From Telmatocola sphagniphila (GTDB lineage: Bacteria > Planctomycetota > Planctomycetia > Gemmatales > Gemmataceae), in assembly GCF_018398935.1 (NCBI RefSeq), contig NZ_CP074694.1, positions 4,770,001 to 4,802,000 of the forward strand: a stretch of 32,000 nucleotides of DNA, given 5' to 3'. The position numbers were made by a program, and so were the translations under genes. The notes beneath the pieces are model-generated. The model saw only the letters and a list, made by a program, of their open reading frames with translations, was not told the origin of the DNA and did no database searches. Shown here one piece after another: positions 25,065-32,000 of the stretch (positions are counted from its first letter, which is position 1; each line of letters starts with the position of its first letter).

Positions 25065-25826
25065 ATGATTCGTTTGAATAAATTCCTGGCTCATGCCGGG
25101 GCGGGTTCGCGCCGTCATTGCGACGGACTCATCGCCAGCGGCCGCGTGCGCGTCGATGGCATCATCACTCGGGAACTGGGCACCCAGATTGACCCCGATA
25201 AGCAAAAGATCGCCGTCGATGACAAAGTTGTCGAAACCGAGCGCAAAGTCTACTGGCTGGTGAACAAACCGGCCGGGTACCTTTGCACCAATCACGACCC
25301 GGCCGGCCGACCGCGGGCCCTCGATCTGATTCCCCACGTGGCCGAGCGGGTCTATACTGTCGGCCGATTGGACGAGGCCAGCGAAGGTCTGTTGCTGATG
25401 ACCAACGACGGCGACCTGGCCCATAAGCTGATGCACCCGCGCGTCGGCATCGAAAAAACCTATGAAGCCTTGGTGGCCGGTAACCCCAGCATGGCCGATC
25501 TGGAGAAGCTGACGGCCGGGATCTGGCTTTCTGATGGAAAAGTGAAAGCGAAGTACGTCCGCAAACTGAAAAAACAGGGGGACAGCACGTGGGTTCGCAT
25601 CGTGCTGGCCGAGGGGAAGAATCGCGAGATTCGCCGGATGCTGGCCAAGCTGGAACACAAGGTTCTGGAACTTCACCGGGTCGCGATTGCTCATATCAAG
25701 GTCGATCGGCTCCCTAAAGGGAAGTGCCGGCGGCTAAAACCGGACGAAATCGCGTCCCTGCAGGATCTCGCCGAGCGAAAGAGCCGGCCGCGAAAAAGCA
25801 GCAGCCCCGAGGAAACGGAAAAATGA
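25065..25826 (+). CDS. rluB: RsuA/RluB-family pseudouridine synthase with an S4 domain
   Basis: 253 aa. Contains MIRLNKFLAHAGAGSRRHCDGLIASGRVRVDG (S4 domain), VGRLDEASEGLLLMTNDG (catalytic Asp motif) and GKNREIRRM. Confidence 0.92.
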   Translation: MIRLNKFLAHAGAGSRRHCDGLIASGRVRVDGIITRELGTQIDPDKQKIAVDDKVVETERKVYWLVNKPAGYLCTNHDPAGRPRALDLIPHVAERVYTVGRLDEASEGLLLMTNDGDLAHKLMHPRVGIEKTYEALVAGNPSMADLEKLTAGIWLSDGKVKAKYVRKLKKQGDSTWVRIVLAEGKNREIRRMLAKLEHKVLELHRVAIAHIKVDRLPKGKCRRLKPDEIASLQDLAERKSRPRKSSSPEETEK

Positions 25827-26635
25827 TCCAGACACGTTCCCGAGTTCTGGAGCATGTTCCCCTGGCGGAAAAGACCTATCGCATCCGCCTATCCGCCCCG
25901 ACCATTGCCGCGAAGATTCTTCCCGGCCAGTTTCTGATGTTGAAGCTGCCGGGTTTAAATGATCCCCTTCTGGGTCGGCCCTTTGCCGTCTACGATGTCG
26001 ATTTCGAGCAACAAGCCATCGACGTCGTTTATCTGGTGATCGGCAAGATGACTACACTTTTGCAGGAAATCTCCCCAGGCCAGGAATTGGAAATCTGGGG
26101 CCCGTTGGGCAATGGTTTTCCGGAACTGAGCCCGGGTCCGGAGGCAATTTTCGTGGCCGGGGGGATCGGGCAGACGCCTTTTCTGGCCTATGCCCATCAG
26201 CTGCTGGGAACCAAAGGCTTCGGTGGCCGAGCGGCTAAAAGAGTTATCGATAAGGTCACGCTCTATTACGGGGTGCGGAATAAGAATCTGCTGGCCGGCG
26301 TGAGCGATTTTGAAAAAGCGGGCGTGCAAGTTAAGGTGGCCAGCGACGATGGAAGTGTCGGCTATCATGGTCTGGTCACTGGGTTGCTGGAGCAAGATCC
26401 GCCGAAAGCACCGATCATCACCTGCGGCCCGGAGCCGATGTTGAAGGCGGTTTCGAAATTGGCCGAGAAGTATGGGGTACCCTGCTATGTTTCGCTGGAA
26501 ACGCCAATGGCCTGTGGCTTCGGCGCCTGCTTCAGTTGCGTGACGGCCGTGAAAACACCAGAAGGAGTCGATTACAAGCGGGTCTGTATCGACGGCCCGG
26601 TGTTCGAGGCAAGCAAGCTGGTGTGGGGCCATTAG
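25823..26635 (+). CDS. pyrK: Dihydroorotate dehydrogenase electron-transfer subunit (PyrK-like FAD/2Fe-2S protein)
   Basis: The ORF track gives 25724..26635. I prefer ATG 25823, which forms an ATGA overlap with the rluB stop. PGQFLMLK, RPFAV, AGGIGQTP and the C-terminal cluster CGFGACFSCV....C are PyrK hallmarks. Confidence 0.88.
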   Translation: MIQTRSRVLEHVPLAEKTYRIRLSAPTIAAKILPGQFLMLKLPGLNDPLLGRPFAVYDVDFEQQAIDVVYLVIGKMTTLLQEISPGQELEIWGPLGNGFPELSPGPEAIFVAGGIGQTPFLAYAHQLLGTKGFGGRAAKRVIDKVTLYYGVRNKNLLAGVSDFEKAGVQVKVASDDGSVGYHGLVTGLLEQDPPKAPIITCGPEPMLKAVSKLAEKYGVPCYVSLETPMACGFGACFSCVTAVKTPEGVDYKRVCIDGPVFEASKLVWGH

Positions 26636-26685
26636 TCGGTGGGCTTTGGGATGAAGTCGAAGTTTAGTGAAACGAACAAAGATTT

Positions 26686-26718
26686 AACCGCAGAAAACAC
26701 TGAGATCACCGAGAGACC
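26686..26718 (+). repeat. Degenerate 9-mer (NNCGCAGAG-type) triple-repeat element, copy 2
   Basis: AACCGCAGAAAACACTGAGATCACCGAGAGACC. It is intergenic, directly downstream of pyrK. Confidence 0.5.
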
Positions 26719-26728
26719 CTGTCCGGGC

Positions 26729-26808
26729 GCCAATGGCACGGAATCGAAGTTTCGGAATGTTATGATTTTGATGGTTTGAGAAATGCCACTAGTGAGGCAA
26801 TTGGCAGC
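26729..26808 (+). repeat. GCCAWTGGC-bounded palindromic repeat, copy A
   Basis: GCCAATGGCACGG..AAGTTTCGGAATGTTATGATTTTGATGGTTTGAGAAATGCCA..GCAATTGGCAGC is colinear with copy B (27414-27501). It lies 27 nt upstream of the Imm42-like gene. Confidence 0.7.
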
Positions 26809-26835
26809 TATTGATAATGTGAGGAAACGATTCCG

Positions 26836-27417
26836 ATGATAGTCGGCAATCCTGCCATATTCGCTATCGAATCAGGTATTTCCAAAATTTGGGAAGCGCC
26901 GAACTATTTGGCTTTAGGTTATTTTGTAATTCATATTGAGAACTTTAGATATGGAGTGCACAAACCTGACGCTACGTTACTTGGTTGCTCCTATGATGAA
27001 GTCAAAAATCGAATTTTCAAACGGGGAATGCATACAGCCCCATTTTCCGAGGAATCAGATGCGGGTCTCATTGCGGACGCTTACATAAAAGCCATTTACG
27101 CTCCTAAACATGAGAATAGAAAGTATTTCAACTTGTCAGCCGAAGATTTTTGTGTTCATTTCTATCCAAAAGGCAATTCCTGTACATGGGCACCCGATGG
27201 AGATGAAGCTTTCGATGACAGTAGTTACATTTTGCAATTCGATATCAGAAATCAAGTGCGTTTAATTGGATTTAAGTCTAGTAATTTTGTTCCTGATCCT
27301 AGTACGATCCGCGATCTGTGGGTATCAGCATTTGATTATTACAGTCTTCTTGAAGATTGGATTGCAGAATTTGATCGAGAGCGGAATCTCATGTTAAAGC
27401 CGGGTGCCAAAGGCTAG
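26836..27417 (+). CDS. Imm42-like polymorphic-toxin immunity protein (tentative), AT-rich orphan gene
   Basis: 193 aa. GAGGAA RBS 7 nt upstream. The N-terminus MIVGNPAIFAIESGI, then LGYFVIHIENFRYGV, DATLLGCSYDEV and WAPDGDEAFDDSSYILQFD match my recollection of the immunity 42 family. This is unverified. Confidence 0.55.
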   Translation: MIVGNPAIFAIESGISKIWEAPNYLALGYFVIHIENFRYGVHKPDATLLGCSYDEVKNRIFKRGMHTAPFSEESDAGLIADAYIKAIYAPKHENRKYFNLSAEDFCVHFYPKGNSCTWAPDGDEAFDDSSYILQFDIRNQVRLIGFKSSNFVPDPSTIRDLWVSAFDYYSLLEDWIAEFDRERNLMLKPGAKG

Positions 27418-27501
27418 GCCATTGGCACGATACATAAATTTCGAAAACATTGCGATTTTCCGATGAGTTGAGAAATGCCAATGGCCTAGCCATAGGCACC
27501 C
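27414..27501 (+). repeat. GCCAWTGGC-bounded palindromic repeat, copy B (best preserved)
   Basis: Perfect 14-bp terminal inverted repeats: CTAGGCCATTGGCA (27414-27427) and TGCCAATGGCCTAG (27476-27489). A third box CCATAGGCACCC follows. The TAG stop of 26836..27417 lies inside the left arm. Confidence 0.8.
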
Positions 27502-27522
27502 GAGATTCATTTTCAAAATTAC

Positions 27523-27741
27523 TCAATCTTTCTTTCCCGGTTTTGGCTTTTGGAACAACCAGAGCCCAATAATCAGAGCGAAAACCCCCGGGAGAAATGC
27601 CCCGATCATTCGACTTACACCCAATCCGGAGGCGTCTCCAACCTGAGGTCCATCTGGCTTGGCAAGGGAACTCGCCCCGGAAACAAAAAAAGCCGCTGCC
27701 AGAACTAGACATAGGATGCCGCCGATTTGCTTCGCCTTCAT
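27523..27741 (-). CDS. Small two-TM membrane protein, hypothetical
   Basis: 72 aa: MKAKQIGGILCLVLAAAFFVSG...MIGAFLPGVFALIIGLWLF..KPKPGKKD. GAAGG about 9 nt upstream. It sits between repeat copies B and D. Confidence 0.5.
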   Translation of the reverse strand: MKAKQIGGILCLVLAAAFFVSGASSLAKPDGPQVGDASGLGVSRMIGAFLPGVFALIIGLWLFQKPKPGKKD

Positions 27742-27837
27742 CAGAAAACCCTTCGTTTTGAGATTGTGCTTCGAGGTACCACATTATTTCATTCTGTAAA
27801 TCGCGAGCCAATTCGACAGTCGGTTGTCAGTGGTTTC

Positions 27838-27930
27838 GCCATTGGCCGGGAATAGAAGCATTATTTCATCGAGGAAAAACGGGTTTTGCACTCGGTGTTT
27901 GATTGGGTAGTGATGCCACAGGGACCCGGA
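27838..27930 (+). repeat. GCCAWTGGC-bounded repeat, copy D (diverged)
   Basis: GCCATTGGCCGGG..ATTTCATCGAGGAAAAACGGGTTTTGC..GATGCCACAGGGACCCGGA aligns block-wise with copy B (GCCATTGGCACG..ATTTCGAAAACATTGCGATTTTCC..AATGCCA..ATAGGCACCCGAG). Confidence 0.55.
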
Positions 27931-28037
27931 TCAACGAACTCCCCACTCCTCCAAAAATGTAGACACCTGGCAACCGACTGGGGTACGATATACCCTTGCC
28001 AAATGGCCATGCAGCGAACTGAACCGAGGAACCAACT

Positions 28038-28994
28038 ATGTCTACTCCCAATAACAACCCCCTGCCCATCCATCTCTCCCGTCGTGAATTGCTCGGCAGC
28101 GCCCTGGCCGGCGGCACGGCGGCTCTGATCGGGAAGAGCGCATTCGCAGGCGATAATCTCCAGGGAACTTCCAGCACAAAGCCCAACTCCGTATTTGGCG
28201 GCGTCCGCATCGGAACCAACACCTACAGCTACCGGAATAGCGGCATCGATTCCGCCGAGGCGACCCTCAAAGCGTTGATCGACGACGGCCTGAGCGAATG
28301 CGAACTGAAGGAAACGCCGATCCGAGCCTTCGGAGTACTTCCACCAGTTCCCAAGAAAGGGGAGGAAAAATCCGCCCCCAAACTCAGCGATGCCGAGCTA
28401 GCCAAACTTCTCTCCAAGGCGGCCGATCTCCGCAAAATGTACAACGACGCCGGAGTCAACATTCACATCCATAAATGTCCCTTCGGGGCATCGGAAGAAG
28501 CCATCAACTTCAACTTCGAATTGGCCAAGGCCCTCGGCTGCAAGGCGATCACAACCGAACGGGACGATAAGCTGGCCAAGAAGCTAGCCCCGTTCGCGGA
28601 GAAGCACAAGATTTACGTCGCGTTCCATAACCATACGAACAATGTGCCGGTCATCGATAAGCTCGATCCAATACTCGACTGCGGGCCGTACATCATGTTC
28701 AATTTCGACATCGGCCACTACTTTGCAGGTACCAAGGGTAAAAGCCCGATCCCGGTGATTGAGAAGTATCACGAGCGGATCGTCAGTTTGCATTTAAAAG
28801 ATCGTACTGCGACCGGGGCTGATCTTTCCTGGGGCAAAGGAGAAACACCGATCAAGGAAGTGCTGCAGCTACTGAAGAAGGAGAAATGGCCGATCTACGC
28901 CGATATCGAGTTGGAGTACAAGATCCCGAGCGGTTCCACATCGGTCGCCGAGGTCGCCAAGTGCGTGGCGTATTGCAAGGAAGCGCTGGCGTAA
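28038..28994 (+). CDS. Tat-signal sugar-phosphate isomerase/epimerase (xylose isomerase-like TIM barrel)
   Basis: 318 aa. Twin-arginine leader LSRRELLGSALAGGTAALIG. FHNH, FDIGHY and LHLKD are the metal-binding blocks typical of AP-endonuclease-2/xylose-isomerase-like TIM barrels. GAGGA RBS. Confidence 0.85.
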   Translation: MSTPNNNPLPIHLSRRELLGSALAGGTAALIGKSAFAGDNLQGTSSTKPNSVFGGVRIGTNTYSYRNSGIDSAEATLKALIDDGLSECELKETPIRAFGVLPPVPKKGEEKSAPKLSDAELAKLLSKAADLRKMYNDAGVNIHIHKCPFGASEEAINFNFELAKALGCKAITTERDDKLAKKLAPFAEKHKIYVAFHNHTNNVPVIDKLDPILDCGPYIMFNFDIGHYFAGTKGKSPIPVIEKYHERIVSLHLKDRTATGADLSWGKGETPIKEVLQLLKKEKWPIYADIELEYKIPSGSTSVAEVAKCVAYCKEALA

Positions 28995-29059
28995 TCATTG
29001 CTTTGCAATGTGGAGATCACCGGGAGATAATAAGGCTCGTTGATCTCTGCAGACTATTT

Positions 29060-29575
29060 TTAGACTGGCTTTTCAAAAATATTAACCATCTCTACAAACC
29101 TTTTTGCTGCCGCTTCCTCCATGAAGAAATACAACTCATAGTCCTGATCCGTAAGTATTCGATAGGACTCAACAATACCACCGAACCTTCCCCAATCGTG
29201 TTTTTTTTGTTCTAATCGAATTTGAGAATAGGAAATCGTTCTCTTGAAGAGCCCGAAGAGGTAATATCGTGAAACCTGATGCGAAGCCTTTTGAAAAACG
29301 GTGGAGGTTGCGGTCGAAGATATTTTGATTGCGATACCGAGGTACATAGCGAAGGCAATGAGAAACACAATCCCACTGATGACTCCCAAGATATTCCAGT
29401 CCCCGGAAAGCTGTTTTAGAGCGAGCATGCAGAGTGCAATCAAAACTATAGTTACAACTAGGATTCGATTCAGAAACTCCCCTAGCACCAATAAAGGAGT
29501 TCGCTCTCTAACCACCAGAAAGTCACCTTGTTGCCAAATTCTCAGATAACCGAAAAATACTGGTCTTAGATGCAT
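29060..29575 (-). CDS. Hypothetical two-TM membrane protein, paralog 1 of a tandem pair, AT-rich
   Basis: 171 aa. It aligns with the 29594..30112 product, for example HQVSRYYLFGLFKRTISY / HQVQQIYLSGLHKRVFEY and YRILTDQDYELYFF..AAKRFVEMV / YRILTEKGYEVFSF..DSMRFMEVL. Confidence 0.7.
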   Translation of the reverse strand: MHLRPVFFGYLRIWQQGDFLVVRERTPLLVLGEFLNRILVVTIVLIALCMLALKQLSGDWNILGVISGIVFLIAFAMYLGIAIKISSTATSTVFQKASHQVSRYYLFGLFKRTISYSQIRLEQKKHDWGRFGGIVESYRILTDQDYELYFFMEEAAAKRFVEMVNIFEKPV

Positions 29576-29593
29576 TGAAGACTCCCGGAAAAA

Positions 29594-30112
29594 TCAAATT
29601 TGACTTGACCCTTCCAAAGAGCGAAGCACTTCCATGAATCGCATCGAATCAGATTTATCCGCAAACGAAAACACCTCGTAACCTTTTTCCGTCAGAATTC
29701 GGTACAATTCGAAGCCTCTTTTAATTCGGATACCTCGTTCCGCCTCAGCGTGAACCAGAAGACTCTGGTATTCGAAAACTCTCTTATGCAAGCCCGACAG
29801 GTAAATTTGTTGCACCTGATGCAATTTTGGTCTGACAACCGTTCTCTGCACCAGGAAAATTATCCGTAATAGTTTTAAAGAGATCGCCGCCGCAAAGAGT
29901 AACAGGATCATAAAAAAGTATTTCTGGGATCCAACATCAGAACTGAAAACGTCGAGCCCGAATTTAATCAGCAGGAAAATCAAAACGGACACAATCAGAA
30001 AGCGCAGAAATGCGAACAGCGTCAAAGTAAAAGTGTTTCCGCAGCCAATAGCTACGAAATCCTCACCCTCCTCGACTTTCCAGCCTCCGAGCCCATACCT
30101 TTTTACTTCCAT
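29594..30112 (-). CDS. Hypothetical two-TM membrane protein, paralog 2 of a tandem pair, AT-rich
   Basis: 172 aa. It has the same architecture as 29060..29575: a short N-terminal segment, two TM helices and a roughly 75-aa C-terminal domain. There is an 18-nt gap to the downstream paralog. Confidence 0.7.
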   Translation of the reverse strand: MEVKRYGLGGWKVEEGEDFVAIGCGNTFTLTLFAFLRFLIVSVLIFLLIKFGLDVFSSDVGSQKYFFMILLLFAAAISLKLLRIIFLVQRTVVRPKLHQVQQIYLSGLHKRVFEYQSLLVHAEAERGIRIKRGFELYRILTEKGYEVFSFADKSDSMRFMEVLRSLEGSSQI

Positions 30113-30188
30113 GGGCGTTTCTCTTGGCTGCTTGTGCCTTCAGGATTGAACGTACCCGGCGAACCTCAGGTACGCGATTATCGTTCCC

Positions 30189-31607
30189 CTACTCATTATA
30201 AAACAATAGCTGCTGGATCTTCCCATCCGGCGTGCGGTACATCGATGCTCGCAGCGTGGCAGTCTTGAACTTCAGCTTCACGTTCGCCACTTCCATGCCG
30301 CCGCGCTCACTGGTGCCGCCGACATCCACACTCTCGGGATCGCCGAGCTTTTTCAATCTCTCGCTGGCGCCCTGCACGCGTTCGGGATTCAAATAGAAGC
30401 TGAATTCTTCGCCGAGTTTCTCCCGGTCGAGCTTGCCCGATTGCATTTCCTTCAGAAACGCCAGCACGGCCTCCTTCGGTGCAGGTCCGGCAATCTTGGG
30501 CACGGCCGGATCGTCGTTTTTCTGCACTTCCTTCACCAGCAAGTTAAAAATCAGATTGCGCACCGGACCGGGAGAAACGTGCTCCGCATTGGAAAGCAGC
30601 ACAACCGCCGATTTCTTACCCGGCAGCATGGCGTTATAGGAAACGAACCCGCTGACGCCGCCGGTGTGCTGGAGAACCATATCTCCCTTGGTGAAGCCGA
30701 TTCCCAGCCCGCAGCCGTAATCGGAGATTTTACCCGTGCTGAGCGGGCGAATCGAAGTCATCAGCTTATAGGATTCTGGCTTCAGAACTTTTCCTGTGAC
30801 CAGAGCGAGATCCCAGCGCAAGAGGTCCGATGCGGAGGCCCAGAGTCCCCCGGCCGCTTCAATCCAACCGTCGGCCTCATAAATCGATTTCTCCGGTGCT
30901 CCGATGGCGAACGAGGTGTAACCCTGGGCCACGCTCGGCAGCCCCTTGGTTGAGGCGTACTGGGAATGTTCCATTTTCAAAGGCTTGAGGATCCGCCGTT
31001 CCATGAACTTGCCCAGCGACTCCCCGGAAACTTTTTCGATGATGCCGCCGAGGATCATGTAGCCGGTGTTGCTGTAGGAGAATTTGCTGCCCGGCTCGAA
31101 ATCCAATTTCACCTTGGCGTAATCGGTCAGCATTTTTTCGAACGGAATCGGCTTCAACATCCGGCGATCGAGAAAATCGAGCGGGTAATAATCGGGATAG
31201 CCCGAAGTGTGATTCATCAGATCCAGAAGGGTAATATCCTTGGCCCGCGTCAAATCGGGATAGTACTTGGCGACCGGATCGTTCACCGAAAGCTTGCCTT
31301 CCTCGGCTAATAAAAACAGACAGGCGCAAGTGAACTGCTTGGTAATCGAGCCTATGCAAAAGCTAGTGTTCTCATCCACCGGCAACGATGGCTCGATGCT
31401 GCGCTGGCCGTAGCCTTTAGCGAAAACAATTTTGCCGTCCTGCATGATCGCCAGCGACAGACCGACGAAGCCCTTCTCCTTCTGCTGCGCGGCCACATAC
31501 GCATCGATCGCTTTGAGGTCGAAAGTCTTCGGAGCCTCAGCGGCCGATTGAGCCTGGCACACCAGTGGCAGAAAAGTCAGAAGGAGGAGAACAAAAGCTG
31601 GTTTCAT
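30189..31607 (-). CDS. Secreted serine hydrolase of the beta-lactamase / DD-peptidase family (PF00144-type) with a C-terminal extension
   Basis: 472 aa. Signal peptide MKPAFVLLLLTFLPLVCQA. SxxK motif (GSITKQF), YxN motif (YSNTGY) and an HTG box (LQHTGGVSG). Confidence 0.9.
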   Translation of the reverse strand: MKPAFVLLLLTFLPLVCQAQSAAEAPKTFDLKAIDAYVAAQQKEKGFVGLSLAIMQDGKIVFAKGYGQRSIEPSLPVDENTSFCIGSITKQFTCACLFLLAEEGKLSVNDPVAKYYPDLTRAKDITLLDLMNHTSGYPDYYPLDFLDRRMLKPIPFEKMLTDYAKVKLDFEPGSKFSYSNTGYMILGGIIEKVSGESLGKFMERRILKPLKMEHSQYASTKGLPSVAQGYTSFAIGAPEKSIYEADGWIEAAGGLWASASDLLRWDLALVTGKVLKPESYKLMTSIRPLSTGKISDYGCGLGIGFTKGDMVLQHTGGVSGFVSYNAMLPGKKSAVVLLSNAEHVSPGPVRNLIFNLLVKEVQKNDDPAVPKIAGPAPKEAVLAFLKEMQSGKLDREKLGEEFSFYLNPERVQGASERLKKLGDPESVDVGGTSERGGMEVANVKLKFKTATLRASMYRTPDGKIQQLLFYNE

Positions 31608-31640
31608 GAGGTGAGGACTCCGGAGTTAGCATTCATTGAG

Positions 31641-31689
31641 CGGTCAGCTTTCAGCTTTCAGCTATCAGCATTCAGCTTTCAGCTTGTTG
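31641..31689 (+). repeat. Degenerate heptanucleotide tandem array, consensus CTTTCAG, 6-7 units
   Basis: The units are CGGTCAG CTTTCAG CTTTCAG CTATCAG CATTCAG CTTTCAG CTTGTTG. The first unit is the exact reverse complement of the CTGACCG unit of the array at 31781. Confidence 0.8.
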
Positions 31690-31779
31690 CAATCCTATTG
31701 GTATAGCTGCTATTTGATAAGAATTCGCAAGGGCTTTGGAATTTTGTGGTCAACTTGAGTATCGACTCAATAATCGCTG

Positions 31780-31936
<157 letters not shown>

Positions 31937-31941
31937 TTCCG

Positions 31942-32000
31942 CTAATGCGAATGGGAATGTCCATGCCCGTGCGAATGCCCCTGCTCTCCGGCATGGATGA
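31942..32000 (-). CDS. 3' end of a gene entering from the right edge, with a His-rich C-terminal tail (possibly a metal-binding or transport protein)
   Basis: Hand translation of the minus strand gives ..IHAGEQGHSHGHGHSHSH followed by TAG (31942-31944). Only 18 codons are visible. Confidence 0.3.
   Translation of the reverse strand, partial: IHAGEQGHSHGHGHSHSH

Noticed and set aside
25050-26632. Minus-strand ORFs 25050..25694 and 25955..26632, antisense to rluB and pyrK
   Set aside because: Both plus-strand genes are confidently identified. The antisense ORFs are shadows.
27414-27501. Repeat copies as integron attC sites
   Set aside because: The layout is cassette-like, but I could not find a paired R''/R' core (RYYYAAC ... 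GTTRRRY). The nearest match, GTTGAGA, has no complementary partner at the 5' side. No intI gene is in the window, and one of the two cassette genes is inverted.
27389-27811. 140-aa minus-strand ORF spanning repeat copy B and the small TM gene region
   Set aside because: It reads through the palindromic repeat. The 72-aa ORF in another frame has two clean TM helices and an RBS, so it is the better candidate.

Overview
This window looks like a chromosomal segment from a Planctomycetota-type genome. The main evidence is a DUF1559 prepilin-like protein with its lipoprotein partners, a DUF11 repeat protein, and many long antisense shadow ORFs. Most of the window is ordinary core or lineage-typical coding sequence: trhO-like, tsaD, a TatD-family hydrolase, comEC, a DegT-family aminotransferase, a di-haem cytochrome c peroxidase, a DUF480/YceH protein, rluB, pyrK, a sugar-phosphate isomerase and a serine hydrolase. 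No rRNA, tRNA, CRISPR array, transposase or integrase was seen. Three visibly AT-rich islets interrupt the core: about 5.4-9.7 kb, 26.6-27.9 kb and 29.0-30.1 kb. They carry small orphan genes that resemble polymorphic-toxin immunity proteins (WapI-like, Imm42-like), a REC-fold protein, a DUF4034-like lipoprotein and tandem paralogous membrane proteins. The most interesting structure is a family of roughly 80-125 bp palindromic repeats bounded by GCCAWTGGC boxes. I found these by eye. They bracket single AT-rich genes in a cassette-like arrangement at 26729-27930 and 7519-9470. Other points of note are two inverted heptanucleotide tandem arrays at the right edge (22 perfect CTGACCG units), a possible TrhO/RluA-like fusion at the left edge, and a signal-peptide ORF interrupted by an in-frame TGA. 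All functional calls rest on motif recognition from memory and hand translation. No database search was possible.
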